From Fidelibacterota bacterium (GTDB lineage Bacteria > Fidelibacterota > Marinisomatia > SCGC-AAA003-L08 > D37C17), in the NCBI GenBank assembly GCA_002707765.1, contig PANV01000004.1, positions 32,868-80,960 of the forward strand: DNA of 48,093 bases, in the 5' to 3' direction. The translations under genes were made by a program, and so were the position numbers. The notes beneath the pieces are model-generated. The model saw only the letters and a program-made list of their open reading frames with translations. It searched no databases and had not been told where the DNA came from. Positions 9,219 through 21,800 of this stretch are shown here, one piece after another; position 1 is the first letter of the stretch, and each line of letters begins with the position of its first letter.

Positions 9219-9691
9219 TGAAATTATCAGATAAAATAAATAAAAAAACAATAATTTATCCGTTAAATTCTCAAGTCAGAGAGGATGCCTTACAAGAGCT
9301 TCTCAATCATTTTCAAAACAATAAGTACTTAAAAGAAACAAAAAAATTATTTTCATATTTAAATTCTAATCAATTTAAAACAATGGCTAGAAGAGGTGTA
9401 GCATACCATTATCATACATCTTTAGAAGTTAAAGAAACATTAGCGGTACTAGGCATTTCAGCAGATGGAATAAATTATCAATCAACAGATGGTTTACCTT
9501 GTAATTTTATATTGTTAATTTTAGAACCCATGAAGAATCCTAATAGCCATAGAAAATTTATTAATATGTTTCAGGAATTTATTAAAACTTCAAATATTAA
9601 ATCTGAATTATTAAAAGCGGAATCAAATGATGACATAGAAAAAATAATTTCTGAATGGGAAACAAATAATAGAAACCTTGATATTGAATGA
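9218..9691 (+). CDS. PTS EIIA-2 (PtsN/fructose-mannitol IIA-like) domain protein, divergent
   Basis: The ATG overlaps the lptD stop (TAATG). EDALQELL, GVAYHYH (compare GIAIPH), LGISADGINY..DG.PCNFILLIL and H..F match the EIIA-2 fold. Confidence 0.65.
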   Translation: MKLSDKINKKTIIYPLNSQVREDALQELLNHFQNNKYLKETKKLFSYLNSNQFKTMARRGVAYHYHTSLEVKETLAVLGISADGINYQSTDGLPCNFILLILEPMKNPNSHRKFINMFQEFIKTSNIKSELLKAESNDDIEKIISEWETNNRNLDIE

Positions 9692-10941
9692 AAAATATAA
9701 TTAGAAAGATAAAGGGTACAAATGATATACTGCCTGATGAATCATTAATTTGGATTTATTTTGAAAACTATATTAGAGATTTTTTTCAGAAATATGGTTA
9801 TAAAGAAATTAGAACTCCTATTTTTGAAAGTACTGAACTATTTTTACGATCTATTGGTAAAGATACAGATATTGTCTCTAAAGAAATGTATAGTTGGGTT
9901 GATCAGGGTAATAATAATTTGACGCTAAGACCTGAATTAACTGCTTCAGTTTCAAGAAGTTTTATTCAAAATCAACTATCAAAACAACAAAAGTCTCATA
10001 AATTTTATTATATAGGATCTTCATTTAGGCGAGAGCGGCCGCAAAAAGGAAGATTTAGGCAATTTGAACAATTTGGTATAGAATCTTTTGGATCTCCTTT
10101 TCCAGAACAAGATGCCGAAATAATATCTATGGCATATTTATTTTACAAATCTTTAAAAATTAAAAATCTTAATTTAAGAATTAATACTATTGGTTCAAGA
10201 GAAGATAGAAAAAAGTATGTTCAAAGTTTAAAAGAATACTTTAATAAATTTGAAAACAAATTAACAAGTATCAGTAAGAAGCGTTTAGAATCAAATCCAT
10301 TAAGAATTTTGGATACAAAAATTGATTTTGAAATTGAGTTGGTTAAAAAGGCACCTAGAATTATTGATTATATAAGCGATGAAGATAAAAAACATTTTCA
10401 AACTTTATTAAATATTTTAGATAATATAAATATTCCATATGTTATAGATCACTATTTAGTTAGAGGATTAGATTACTATTCTAGGACTGTATTTGAAGTT
10501 CAATCTGATGCACTTGGTTCACAAAATGCATTATGTGGTGGTGGTAGGTACGATTATTTAATTGATGAACTAGGTGGTCAAAAAACTCCTGCTATTGGTT
10601 TCGCTGCAGGAATTGAAAGATTAATTTTGGCATCTGAACTAGAGGTAACTGATATTATAAATAAGCCAGATATTTATATTATAGCTAATAGTAATGAAGC
10701 CATAAATCTGTCTTTTGCATTAGCTAATAAATTGAGACATCAAAAAAAATTCGTGGTAATTCAAGATACTTTACGCAGAAGTATTAAATCGCAGATGAAA
10801 GATGCAAATAGAGTACAGGCTAAGTATTGCATCATCATAGCTGAAGAAGAAATAAAAAATTCTACTGTTTCAATCAAGAATATGGATACAGGTGATCAAA
10901 AAACAAAATTATTTGATGAGGTTTTAGATTTCTTTAAGTAA
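9688..10941 (+). CDS. hisS: Histidine--tRNA ligase
   Basis: KGTND, TPIFE, LRPELTA, FRRERPQKGRFRQF, LVRGLDYY, GGGRYD, GFAAGIER. Confidence 0.98.
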   Translation: MKNIIRKIKGTNDILPDESLIWIYFENYIRDFFQKYGYKEIRTPIFESTELFLRSIGKDTDIVSKEMYSWVDQGNNNLTLRPELTASVSRSFIQNQLSKQQKSHKFYYIGSSFRRERPQKGRFRQFEQFGIESFGSPFPEQDAEIISMAYLFYKSLKIKNLNLRINTIGSREDRKKYVQSLKEYFNKFENKLTSISKKRLESNPLRILDTKIDFEIELVKKAPRIIDYISDEDKKHFQTLLNILDNINIPYVIDHYLVRGLDYYSRTVFEVQSDALGSQNALCGGGRYDYLIDELGGQKTPAIGFAAGIERLILASELEVTDIINKPDIYIIANSNEAINLSFALANKLRHQKKFVVIQDTLRRSIKSQMKDANRVQAKYCIIIAEEEIKNSTVSIKNMDTGDQKTKLFDEVLDFFK

Positions 10942-10971
10942 TATTTATGAGATAAATTTTAGGATGAAAAA

Positions 10972-11730
10972 ATGAAAATAATTTCTTGGAATGTAAATGG
11001 TATTAGAGCAGTTATTAAAAAAGGATTTTATGATTTTATAGATGAATACAAACCTGATATTTTATGTTTACAAGAAACAAAAGCTCATCCTGAACAGGTT
11101 GATATAAAGCTTAATCAATATCCGTATCAGTTTTGGAATTCGGCAGAAAAAAAAGGTTATTCAGGAACAGCAATTTTTTCTAAGAAAGAACCATTATCTG
11201 TAAAAAATAATATTGGTATTGATAAGCATGATAATGAGGGAAGAGTTATAGCTGTTGAATTTGAAGATTATTTCTTAGTTACTGTTTATACTCCTAATTC
11301 AAAAAGAGAATTACTAAGATTGGAATATAGAGCACAAGAATGGGATGTAGATTTTTTAAAGTATTTAAAAAAATTAGAAGAAGAAAAACCTGTTATTTTT
11401 TGTGGTGACCTAAATGTAGCTCATAAAGAAATAGACCTGAAAAATCCTAAAACTAATAAGAGAAATGCAGGATTTACTGATGAAGAAAGATCAGGCTTTG
11501 ATAATTATATTGCGTCAGGATTTATAGATACTTTTAGAGAATTTGAAAAAGGAGAGGGTCATTATACTTGGTGGAGTTATATGTTTAACTCCAGGGCAAA
11601 AAATGTTGGCTGGAGAATTGATTATTTTTGTATTTCACAAATTTTACGTTCAAAATTAGCTAAATCATATATCCTTAAAGATGTTATGGGTTCAGATCAT
11701 GCTCCTGTTGCAATAGAAATAAATGATTAG
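10972..11730 (+). CDS. xth: Exodeoxyribonuclease III / AP endonuclease
   Basis: [50 protein letters not shown]. Confidence 0.97.
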   Translation: MKIISWNVNGIRAVIKKGFYDFIDEYKPDILCLQETKAHPEQVDIKLNQYPYQFWNSAEKKGYSGTAIFSKKEPLSVKNNIGIDKHDNEGRVIAVEFEDYFLVTVYTPNSKRELLRLEYRAQEWDVDFLKYLKKLEEEKPVIFCGDLNVAHKEIDLKNPKTNKRNAGFTDEERSGFDNYIASGFIDTFREFEKGEGHYTWWSYMFNSRAKNVGWRIDYFCISQILRSKLAKSYILKDVMGSDHAPVAIEIND

Positions 11731-12478
11731 TAAAAATAAAATAAAACTTCTTAAATCCTTACAATTAAAAAAAAATAGATTAACCAGTAAACTTACCATT
11801 ATCGAAGGTCTAAGAATTATTGATGAAGCTATTAATTTAAATGCTGAAATCACTCAAATTTTTTATGTTTCAAATTTTTTTGAAAAAAATAAAAGTTTAT
11901 TTACTAAAATTGATTTAAACGGTATTCCTCATGATACTATTGAATTAAAAGATTTAAAGGAAATAGCTGATACAAATAATCCCCAAGGAATAATAGCTGT
12001 AGTTAATATTAATAAATATTTGGATTCCAAATTGACTGATACAAATGGAAATTATGTGATACTAGATCAAATTTCAGATCCTGGCAATTTAGGAACTATT
12101 TTACGTACATGTGCATGGTATGGTATAAATCAAATTGTTTTAATGCCAGAATCAGTTGATCCTTTTAACTTAAAATGTTTGCGATCAGCTATGGGTGCAC
12201 ATTTTAGTTTTAACTACATTAATTATTCAGATTATGATGAAATTATATCTTTTTTAGAAAAAAATAATTATAATATTTTATGTTCAAATTTAAATGGATC
12301 TGATGTTTCAAAAATTTCTGTAAAAGGTAAATGGGCATTAGTTTTGGGGTCAGAAGCACATGGAACAAATCTTTTGTTTGAAAAATTTAACAATATTACA
12401 ATATCTAAAAAAGGTAGTATTGATAGTTTAAATGTTTCGGTTGCAACCGGTATACTTTTAGATAGATTAATTAATTAA
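11723..12478 (+). CDS. TrmH/SpoU-family RNA 2'-O-methyltransferase
   Basis: [41 protein letters not shown] (SPOUT motifs). Confidence 0.92.
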   Translation: MISKNKIKLLKSLQLKKNRLTSKLTIIEGLRIIDEAINLNAEITQIFYVSNFFEKNKSLFTKIDLNGIPHDTIELKDLKEIADTNNPQGIIAVVNINKYLDSKLTDTNGNYVILDQISDPGNLGTILRTCAWYGINQIVLMPESVDPFNLKCLRSAMGAHFSFNYINYSDYDEIISFLEKNNYNILCSNLNGSDVSKISVKGKWALVLGSEAHGTNLLFEKFNNITISKKGSIDSLNVSVATGILLDRLIN

Positions 12479-12500
12479 CTTTTTAATCAACTTTAAATAA

Positions 12501-14021
12501 TTAGAATATTTCACTAACTCCTCCCCTCCTAGAATCACCTACTGCTTCATTAATACTTACACAGTTTGCACCACCAAAAAATAAGCTTTTATCAGCAAAT
12601 TTATTTATTAGAAATTTATTTGTGTATGTATTTTTTGGTATTTGTATATCTCTTTCGATGAACAAATTATTATTTTCTAAGTGTATTCTAGGAGATTCAA
12701 CGGCATCTTCTAGATTCATTTTTTTTACAATAAGGTTAATAATAATTTGTACGATTGCTGATCTTATTCTATTACTTCCTCCACTGCCTAATGCATATAA
12801 TGGTTTATTATTTTTCATAATAATTGTTGGACAAAGCATTGTGGGTAATCTACCTGAATGTTTCCATTGATGAAATCCAAAAGGATTCAAATCTCGTTCT
12901 CCTAGCATATTATTCATTAAAATTCCAAATTCAGGAATAAAAATACCTGAGCCTTCTCCATTAGTTGTTGTAGCACTTACTACATTTTCATATTTATCTA
13001 TTACGCTAATATGTGTTGTTGAGCCTAAATCAGAACTTTTAAAATTTTTGTTATTAAAATTTTCATTATTAAAACTTTCTAAATATTTATTTAAGATTGA
13101 ATCCTTGAGACAGTTAGAAATTTCCATTTCATCGAATGGGTTCAAGCAGATTTCTGATCTTACCACAGATGTTAATTCCATAGCTTTTATTAAATCAATT
13201 ATATTAGAATTTAAACGTTTAGATTTTTTAAGAATTTTTAATAAAAATACAACTAGTGTTCCTCCATAGGCTGGTGCTGGATTTGTAAAAACTTCATATT
13301 CACCAATTTTAATTTTTAAAGGTTTTCTCTTATATACTTTGTAATTATTTAAGTTCTGTTTATTAATCATACCACCATTATTAAATGTATTTTCAATAAT
13401 CTTAGCTGCTTCACCCTTATAAAAAAAATCTCTTCCATTTAAAATTAATTCTTCTAGAAAAGTTGAGAAATTAGGGTTTTTAAATGTATCACCTTCTTTT
13501 AGAAATGATTTATTTTTTATAAAGAGTTGTTTCCCCATTTTTGAATCTGTAAGAATTGGTTTAATTAATTTATTTATGTATGACTGATATTTAGATAATA
13601 TAACACCATCTTTTGCAATTTTTACTGCTGGTTGTAGAACCACATCTAGCGGTAGAATACCTTTTTCCTTATGAACTTGAAGTAACCCAGCAATGTTTCC
13701 TGGGATAGCACATGAACCTTTGCCTATAAAAAAATCTTGCGATGTATTCCCAAAATCAACTTTGATTTTTTTAAAATCTAAATTCGAATTAATATTACTA
13801 AGAGGGTAATTAACAAAAAAATCGTAAATAATTGGATGTTGGTCTTTGCTAGATGATATTAGTATTCCGCCTCCCCCTGCACCTGTTAACGCAAATTCTG
13901 ACGTCATGCTAGTAAAAATGGCGCCTACTGTTGCATCAAATGCATTACCGCCTTCAATTAAAATATCTTTTGCAGTATTTAAAGTTTCTTTTGAGCCAGC
14001 GGCAATTGAGCCATATTTCAT
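12501..14021 (-). CDS. ggt: Gamma-glutamyltransferase (cytoplasmic type, no signal peptide)
   Basis: GGNAFDA, GAGGGG, IPGNIAGL, Ntn nucleophile TTHISVID, MNNMLG, GSGGSNRI, PRIH, DSRRGG. Confidence 0.9.
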   Translation of the reverse strand: MKYGSIAAGSKETLNTAKDILIEGGNAFDATVGAIFTSMTSEFALTGAGGGGILISSSKDQHPIIYDFFVNYPLSNINSNLDFKKIKVDFGNTSQDFFIGKGSCAIPGNIAGLLQVHKEKGILPLDVVLQPAVKIAKDGVILSKYQSYINKLIKPILTDSKMGKQLFIKNKSFLKEGDTFKNPNFSTFLEELILNGRDFFYKGEAAKIIENTFNNGGMINKQNLNNYKVYKRKPLKIKIGEYEVFTNPAPAYGGTLVVFLLKILKKSKRLNSNIIDLIKAMELTSVVRSEICLNPFDEMEISNCLKDSILNKYLESFNNENFNNKNFKSSDLGSTTHISVIDKYENVVSATTTNGEGSGIFIPEFGILMNNMLGERDLNPFGFHQWKHSGRLPTMLCPTIIMKNNKPLYALGSGGSNRIRSAIVQIIINLIVKKMNLEDAVESPRIHLENNNLFIERDIQIPKNTYTNKFLINKFADKSLFFGGANCVSINEAVGDSRRGGVSEIF

Positions 14022-14121
14022 TTTGATTTTTTCTTCAATTAATTATATAACTTTTTGTTAAAGATGTTAAATAAATTATTAATTTATAATATATATTTAT
14101 AATGAAAAGAATGAGATTAAG

Positions 14122-16737
14122 TTGAAAAAAGAATTATCTACAGTTTACGATCCTAAAAGAGTTGAAGAAAAATGGCATTCAGAATGGATTGATAATAAAA
14201 TTTTTGCTCCTGATTATAAAAGTAAAGAATCATTTACTGTAATGATTCCACCTCCAAATGTTACAGGTATTTTACACCTGGGACATGTTTTAAATAATAC
14301 TATTCAAGATGTTCTAGTTCGAAAAGCTAGAATGGAGGGTAAAAATACTCTTTGGCTTCCTGGAACTGACCACGCATCTATTGCAACAGAAGCTAAAGTA
14401 ACTAAGTTTCTTAAAGATCAAAAAATTGATAAAAAAGAAATTGGTAGAGAAGCATTTCTTAAACATTGTTGGGATTGGACAGAAAAGTATGGAGGTATTA
14501 TTACAGACCAACTAAAGCGTTTAGGATGTTCCTGTGATTGGGGCCGTGAAAGATTTACAATGGATGATAAATATTATAAATCTGTCATTCAAACATTTGT
14601 TAAATTGTATAATGATGGTTTGATATATCAAGGGAAGCGAATGATTAATTGGGATCCACTTGGTAAAACAGCATTATCTAATGAAGAGGTTATTTATAAA
14701 GAAGAAAAAGGTTTTTTATGGCATATCAAGTATCCAATTAAAAATGAAAAAAAATATTTAATTGTTGCTACAACTAGGCCAGAAACAATGCTTGGAGATA
14801 CAGGTGTTGCAGTTAACCCCAATGATAAAAGATATTCAAAATATATTGGTAAAAAAGTTTTACTTCCAATCATGAATAAAGAAATTCCTATTTTTTCTGA
14901 TGAATATGTTGATATAGATTTTGGTACAGGATGTGTTAAAGTAACTCCCGCACATGATATGAATGATTATGCGATGGCAAATCGTAATAATTTACAGATT
15001 ATAAATATCATGCATGACGATGCAACATTTAATAACAATGTTCCTTCTAATTTTCAAAACAAAGATAGATTTGAAGTTCGAAAAATGGTTCTTGAAATAC
15101 TTGAAAAAAATGGTTATTTATTAAAAACAGAAGATTACATTCATAAAGTTGGTCATTCAGAAAGAACAAATGCAGTTATTGAACCTAGGTTATCGAAGCA
15201 ATGGTTTTTGAAAATGGATAAATTAGCTAAACCTGCTTTAAAAGCAGTAAAAAATAAAGATGTAAATTTTCATCCAAAAAGATGGGAAAAAATATATAAT
15301 CATTGGCTAGAAAATATTCAAGACTGGTGTATTTCAAGACAATTATGGTGGGGCCACAGAATCCCAGTTTGGTATAAAGAAGATAAAATATATTGTGGTA
15401 CCACTGCTCCAGATGAAGATGGTTGGATTCAAGAGGAAGATGTTTTAGATACATGGTTTAGCTCTTGGATTTGGCCAATGGCTACGTTAGGATGGCCCAA
15501 TGACAGTGAAGATTTAAAACATTTCTACCCATCTCAAGATTTAGTAACAGGACCCGATATAATTTTCTTTTGGGTAGCACGTATGATTATGTCTGGATTA
15601 TATTTTAAGAATGAGATACCATTTTCTAATGTTTATTTTACAAGTATCATAAGAGATGATAAAGGTAGAAAAATGAGTAAATCTCTTGGTAATTCTCCAG
15701 ATGCTTTAGAATTATTTGATAAGTATGGAGTAGATGCTGTTAGAGTGAGTATTCTTATGATGGCACCTCAAGGTTTAGATATACATTTCAAAGAAGATAG
15801 ATTAGAGCAAGGCAGAAATTTTATGAATAAACTTTGGAATTGTTCTCGGTTTATAATGATGAATGTTGAAGATTTCGAATTTCTCAAAATTGAAACAATA
15901 AACGAAGATAAATTAGATCAAACAGATAAATGGATTTTATCTAAGCTGAATATTGTTATTGAAGATGTTGAAAAATCTATTAAAAATTATAAAATGAATG
16001 ATGCAATTAAACTTATTTATAATTTTGTTTGGGCTGATTTTTGTGATTGGTATATTGAATTTTCAAAATCTCGTATTTATGGTCAGTCTGAAGAAGATAA
16101 AAAAGTTGTGTTATCTATATCTACCTATATTTTAAAAGATATTTTAAAATTAATTCATCCGTTTGCTCCATTCATATCAGAAGAAATATGGTCTTATTTA
16201 AATGAAAGTAATTTTTTATCAAAGGAAACTTATCCTGAATTTCGACAACAATTTAAATTTGAAAAAGAGCAAAAAAATATTGAATTGTTTAAATCAATTA
16301 TTACTTCGATCAGAAATATTAAATCAGATTTAGGTGTTTCACCAAAAAAAGAATTAGTGATTTATTTTAAAGGCAATGATACAAAAACTCAAATAATCAA
16401 GGATAATGAACATCATTTATTTAAAATTGCGAATGTAAAAGAAATAAAATATGGTAGTAATATATCTAAACCAGAACAATCAGCATCCTCTGTAATTAAT
16501 AACTTAGAATTCTTTATCCCATTGCAAGGACTTATCAATATAGATAAAGAAGTTAAGCGATTAAAATCTAAATTAGATGATATAGAAGCAAGGCTTAATA
16601 ATGTCCAGAAAAAATTAAACAATGAAAATTTTATTAATAAAGCTCCTCAAAATATTATTGATCACGAAAAAAATAAATATAAAGCATATTATGAGGATTA
16701 TCAGAAAATTTTAAAAAATTATAAAAGCCTTACCTAA
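14122..16737 (+). CDS. valS: Valine--tRNA ligase (TTG start)
   Basis: PPPNVTG-LHLGH, DHASIAT, TTRPET, DWCISRQLWWGHRIP, DTWFSS, KMSKS, and a C-terminal coiled coil. Confidence 0.98.
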   Translation: MKKELSTVYDPKRVEEKWHSEWIDNKIFAPDYKSKESFTVMIPPPNVTGILHLGHVLNNTIQDVLVRKARMEGKNTLWLPGTDHASIATEAKVTKFLKDQKIDKKEIGREAFLKHCWDWTEKYGGIITDQLKRLGCSCDWGRERFTMDDKYYKSVIQTFVKLYNDGLIYQGKRMINWDPLGKTALSNEEVIYKEEKGFLWHIKYPIKNEKKYLIVATTRPETMLGDTGVAVNPNDKRYSKYIGKKVLLPIMNKEIPIFSDEYVDIDFGTGCVKVTPAHDMNDYAMANRNNLQIINIMHDDATFNNNVPSNFQNKDRFEVRKMVLEILEKNGYLLKTEDYIHKVGHSERTNAVIEPRLSKQWFLKMDKLAKPALKAVKNKDVNFHPKRWEKIYNHWLENIQDWCISRQLWWGHRIPVWYKEDKIYCGTTAPDEDGWIQEEDVLDTWFSSWIWPMATLGWPNDSEDLKHFYPSQDLVTGPDIIFFWVARMIMSGLYFKNEIPFSNVYFTSIIRDDKGRKMSKSLGNSPDALELFDKYGVDAVRVSILMMAPQGLDIHFKEDRLEQGRNFMNKLWNCSRFIMMNVEDFEFLKIETINEDKLDQTDKWILSKLNIVIEDVEKSIKNYKMNDAIKLIYNFVWADFCDWYIEFSKSRIYGQSEEDKKVVLSISTYILKDILKLIHPFAPFISEEIWSYLNESNFLSKETYPEFRQQFKFEKEQKNIELFKSIITSIRNIKSDLGVSPKKELVIYFKGNDTKTQIIKDNEHHLFKIANVKEIKYGSNISKPEQSASSVINNLEFFIPLQGLINIDKEVKRLKSKLDDIEARLNNVQKKLNNENFINKAPQNIIDHEKNKYKAYYEDYQKILKNYKSLT

Positions 16738-16746
16738 AATTAAAAT

Positions 16747-18831
16747 TTGGATATACCAAATCAAACCACTATTAAAACAGAAGTACAATACCTTAAAGGT
16801 GTAGGTCCTAAACGAGGACAAATTTTAAAGAGTTATGGAATAAGTAATATTGGTGATTTAATTCGTAATTTTCCACGAAAATATTTAGACAGAACAAATG
16901 TTAAAAATATTAATCAAATTAAAATTAATGAACAAGTAGTAATTATTGGTATTGTAAAATCATTTGGTTTAAAGTATTTAAAAAAAGGAAAGTATTTTCA
17001 ACTTAATATTTCAGATGAAACAGGTTTTATTCAATGTATTTGGTTTCACGGAATATCATGGATTTCGGAAAAATTTAAAGAAGGTGATAATATTGCTGTT
17101 TTTGGAAAAGTTGAATTTTATAAAGGCTATAGAATTATCCATCCTGAATTTGATTTATTAGAAAATAGTAAAGACCCATCCAATACTGGTCAAATTATTC
17201 CACTTTATGCATCAAATAATTTATTTAAAAAAGTAAGTTTAGATAGTAGAGCAATTAGAAAATTAATTCATAATGCATTAAATCAGGTTTATTTGATTAA
17301 GGACCATTTCTCCGAACATTTTCTAAAAAAAGAGGCCTTATTAAGCCTGGATAAATCTATTCGAATCGTTCATCAGCCTAATTCAAATGATGATTTAAAG
17401 TCAGCATACTATCGTTTAAAATTTGATGAGTATTTTTTCCTTCAATTAGTTTTAGCAATAAATAAACATCAGTTAAGTAATTTTAAAGGAAAAAAATTTA
17501 TAGATTTAGGTGACTATGCAATAAAAATGTATAAGAATTTAGATTTTAAATTGACAAATGCTCAAATTAGAGTGATGAGAGAGATTAGAAAAGATTTAGC
17601 AATGGATAAGCCAATGAATAGATTAGTTCAAGGCGATGTTGGATGTGGAAAAACAATTATTGCAATGCTCACATCTGCAATAATTGTAGGTAATGATTCT
17701 CAAGTGGCAATTATGGCTCCAACAGAAATTTTAGCTGAACAACATTTTGAAAGTTTTTTTGAGTTTTGTTCTAAATTAAATATTAAATGCAAATTACTTA
17801 TTGGAAATTTGAAACAGAGTCAAAAAAATCAGATTTATGAAAATTTAGAAAATGGTAAAATACAAATTATTGTTGGTACTCATGCTTTAATACAAGAAAA
17901 AGTTAAGTTTAAAAATTTAGAATTAGTTGTAGTAGATGAACAACATAGATTTGGGGTAGAACAAAGAAAAAATTTAATTACAAAAGGTAAACATGTTAAT
18001 ATTTTATCTATGACGGCAACCCCTATACCTAGAACACTAACTTTTGCAATTCATGGTGATATGGATTTATCATGGATTGATGAGCTTCCACAAAATAGAA
18101 TTCCTATAAAAACATCAGTAATTGAATCAAAAAAAATTGATTCAGTATACACTTTAATGAAAAATGAAATGGATAAGGGACGTTTTTGTTTTATTGTATT
18201 CCCAATAATAGAAGAATCTGATAAAATTGATGCTGAGGCAGCAGAAAGTGCCTATGAGAATTTTAAAAAAAATATTTTCAAAGAATACACCTTAGGTTTT
18301 CTTCATGGGAAATTAAAAAAAGAATCTAAAACACAAATTATGGAACAGGTAAATAATGGTGAAATTCAATGTTTAATTTCTACAACTGTTGTTGAAGTTG
18401 GAATCAATAATCCCAACGCTACAGTGATGGTAATTGAAAATGCTGAAAGATTTGGTCTGACTCAATTACATCAGTTAAGGGGAAGAATTGGAAGGGGGAA
18501 ATTTCAATCATATTGTTTTTTAATTCAAAGAAAAAAAACTGAACAATCCTACAAACGACTTTCAATAATAGAAAAACATATAGATGGATTCAAAATATCT
18601 GATGAAGATTTAAAACTTAGAGGACCTGGAGAGTTTTTAGGAACTAAACAGCATGGTTATATTTCATCAAAGCTACTTGATATTGTTAATGATGGTAAAA
18701 TTATGAGACATGCTAGAACAAGAGCCTTTGAAATTATAGAAAATGACCCTAAACTTATAAAGTCTCAGAATTTAAAAAAGAAACTTTTACAAGATTATAA
18801 ACATATGTTAGAATTTATTAATATAGGATAA
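16747..18831 (+). CDS. recG: ATP-dependent DNA helicase RecG (TTG start)
   Basis: LKGVGP, RLVQGDVGCGKT, MAPTEILAEQH, DEQHRFG, MTATPIPRT, QLHQLRGRIGRG, DLKLRGPGE. Confidence 0.97.
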   Translation: MDIPNQTTIKTEVQYLKGVGPKRGQILKSYGISNIGDLIRNFPRKYLDRTNVKNINQIKINEQVVIIGIVKSFGLKYLKKGKYFQLNISDETGFIQCIWFHGISWISEKFKEGDNIAVFGKVEFYKGYRIIHPEFDLLENSKDPSNTGQIIPLYASNNLFKKVSLDSRAIRKLIHNALNQVYLIKDHFSEHFLKKEALLSLDKSIRIVHQPNSNDDLKSAYYRLKFDEYFFLQLVLAINKHQLSNFKGKKFIDLGDYAIKMYKNLDFKLTNAQIRVMREIRKDLAMDKPMNRLVQGDVGCGKTIIAMLTSAIIVGNDSQVAIMAPTEILAEQHFESFFEFCSKLNIKCKLLIGNLKQSQKNQIYENLENGKIQIIVGTHALIQEKVKFKNLELVVVDEQHRFGVEQRKNLITKGKHVNILSMTATPIPRTLTFAIHGDMDLSWIDELPQNRIPIKTSVIESKKIDSVYTLMKNEMDKGRFCFIVFPIIEESDKIDAEAAESAYENFKKNIFKEYTLGFLHGKLKKESKTQIMEQVNNGEIQCLISTTVVEVGINNPNATVMVIENAERFGLTQLHQLRGRIGRGKFQSYCFLIQRKKTEQSYKRLSIIEKHIDGFKISDEDLKLRGPGEFLGTKQHGYISSKLLDIVNDGKIMRHARTRAFEIIENDPKLIKSQNLKKKLLQDYKHMLEFINIG

Positions 18832-18834
18832 ACA

Positions 18835-21800
18835 ATGTATAAAAAAATTAATATTATCTTAGCTTTTTTATCGTTTTTTATTCCGCTTATCTTATATTTG
18901 ATGACTATGGCACCAACAACTTCATTTTGGGATTGTGGTGAATTTATAGCTACGTCTTATATTTTAGGTGTGCCACATCCACCAGGTTCTCCATTATTTT
19001 TACTTTTAGGTAATTTTTTCAGTAGTTTGCCTACTTTTTCAGATATTGGAGCCAGGGTTAATTTAATTTCTCCTATTGCTAGTGCACTTTCTGTAATGTT
19101 TTTATATTTGATTATAGTAAAATTAATTGAGGAGTATAGCGGTAAAGCAAATAATACTTCTAAAATTATAATAAATAATTTAAGTGCATTTATTGCATCT
19201 TTAACCTTCGCTGTTACTGATTCTCATTGGTTTAATGCTGTAGAGACTGAGGTATATTCTTTGTCAACATTTTTTACAGCTATTGTAATATGGATGATAT
19301 TGAAATGGTCTTCATTGTCTAATGAAAAATGGAATATAAGATATTTATTATTAATAGCTTATATGATGGGACTTGCTATTGGCATTCATATTTTAAATCT
19401 TTTAACAATGTCATTTATTGGATTAATTATTTATTTTAAAAAATATGAAGATGTGAGTATAAGCAGTATAATTAAAGTTTTATTTTTTACAACTTTAAGC
19501 TTTATAACTATTTACTATGGTATCATTTTAGGTCTTCCAGATATAGTAAGTAAATTTAACAGTCTTTTAATAATTATTTTCGGTATTACTTTTATCATAA
19601 CTTCAATTATTTTAATTCATTTAAGTTCCAAGAATAATTCATTGTTTAATCTTACAAGAATATTTTCGACTTTATCTATAATTTTCATAGTTTTTCTTTC
19701 CTTTAATAAATTATTTATTACGGATAAAAATTTTATATCTAACAACTTATCTAATCAAATTGTAGCTGTTGATGATGCCTATTATTATTATATGATTGAA
19801 TTAGAAAAGCAATCACCTAATTATGCAGATATTAATTATGATTATTTAGATCAGCTTAAAAAAGATAAGGCAATTTTGATAAAAAATCAAAAAATGTTTG
19901 ATAAGCAAGGTGATGATATGAGTTTTTTTGGTTTATTATTATGGCAATCCAAATCAGTTATTTTTACTTTATTATTAATTGTAATTGGAATTCCATTATT
20001 TATTTTTAGATTTTTTACTACACATGGAGATAATAAAAATCTACTTGTAATTAAAGTTTTATTATCATGTTTTTTACTAATAGTTATTGGCTATTCAACA
20101 TATACTACAATTTTCATAAGAGCTAATCAGGAACCGAGAATAAATGAAAATAATCCAAATACTCTTGATAGGGCGGTTTCTTATATTAATAGAGAACAAT
20201 ATGGTTCTATAAATTCTTTTAATCCAAAATCAGCAATCCAAAATAGTACAGGAGGACATTGGAAAAGATGGACAAATGATAAAGAAAATCCATCATTAAA
20301 AGAACAGTTTAATTTCATGTGGAATTATCAAATTAAAGAAATGTATTTAAGATATTTTGCCTGGCAATTTATTGGTAGATCAGATAAAAACAGTGATAAA
20401 GCATGGCTTATAAATGATATAGATGGAAACCCGATAGGAAATAGAGTTTTGGATGGAATAGATTTTTTTAGATATGGTTTGCCTATGGTACTTTTGTTTG
20501 GTATAATCGGTATTGTTGCACATTTCTCATCAGATTGGAAAAGAGCATTAGCAGTATTGAGTGTTTTTTTAGCCACTGGATTAATGCTTGTTATTTATTT
20601 AAATCAGTATGACCCCCAACCTAGAGAGCGTGATTATTCCTATGTAGGTAGTTTTTTTGCATTTTCGATTTGGGTTGGTATAGGTATCAGTTTTATTCAA
20701 AAAAAAATCAAGGATTTTTTTGAGGATTCAAATATTTCATCTTTTATTTCTTTTAGTATTATATGTTTTATTTTTATTTCAATGACATTCACAATGGTGA
20801 TAAAAGATTATAATGAGCATTCAAGAAGAGGAAACTATGTTGCATGGGATTATGGATATAACCTCTTAAATTCATGTGAGCCCAATGCTATTATATTCAC
20901 TAATGGAGACAATGATACTTTTCCTTTATGGTATCTTCAAGAAGTTGAAAAAATAAGAAGAGATGTAAGAGTAGTTAATCTTAGTTTATTAAACACTCCT
21001 TGGTATATTAATCAGCTTATGAAAGATGAGCCAAAACTTGATATAAAATTTTCTAATTCATTATTAAAAAAAGATATTTATAATATTGAAAATGAATATA
21101 TAATCAGTACTGAAGAAGGATATAAATTATGTTCAAATGAGTTTACAGGTAAAGTACCTTGGTCAAATTTAGATTGTAATTTGAAAATTGATAAAAGTAT
21201 AGAGTTTAAATTTCAAGTTCCCGCTTATAGACAACAAGTATTAAGAATTCAAGATTATATGATTTTGCAGTTAATTAAAGATTTATATTTAGAACGACCT
21301 ATTTATTTTGCTGCAACAGTTTCTGAAAATAATCAAGTAGGGTTAAAAAGGTATTTACAGATGGAAGGTATGACTTATAAATTGGTATCAGAAAAACTTC
21401 CTGATAACATTGTAGAAAGTATTAATTATGAAAAAATGAAATTAAATCTTTCAGAAGGAAATTTAGAGGATATTATTTTTAATGTAGATGATTATAATAA
21501 TGCAATTGATGAAAAAACAGGTATTTATAGATACAGAAATTTAGCTGATTCTACTATAGTTTTTAGTGACAATATTAAAAGATTAGTTCAAAATTATAGA
21601 ATAGGATATTTAAGATTGATGCAATATCAAATTGATAGAAATAATAGTAAAGAAGTTGAATTATTGATAAAAAGATTAAATGATTATTTCCCAGTTGAAA
21701 CATTACCAATGGATCCGTGGCTTGGATTTGAGTTAATGGATAAAATTTATGAGCCAACCAATAATTATATAGAAATAGAGAAAATGATAGATCATCTCAT

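Noticed and set aside
14102..14125. Mini-ORF MKRMRLS overlapping the valS TTG start
   Set aside because: It has no Val codons or attenuator structure and is likely chance in AT-rich DNA.
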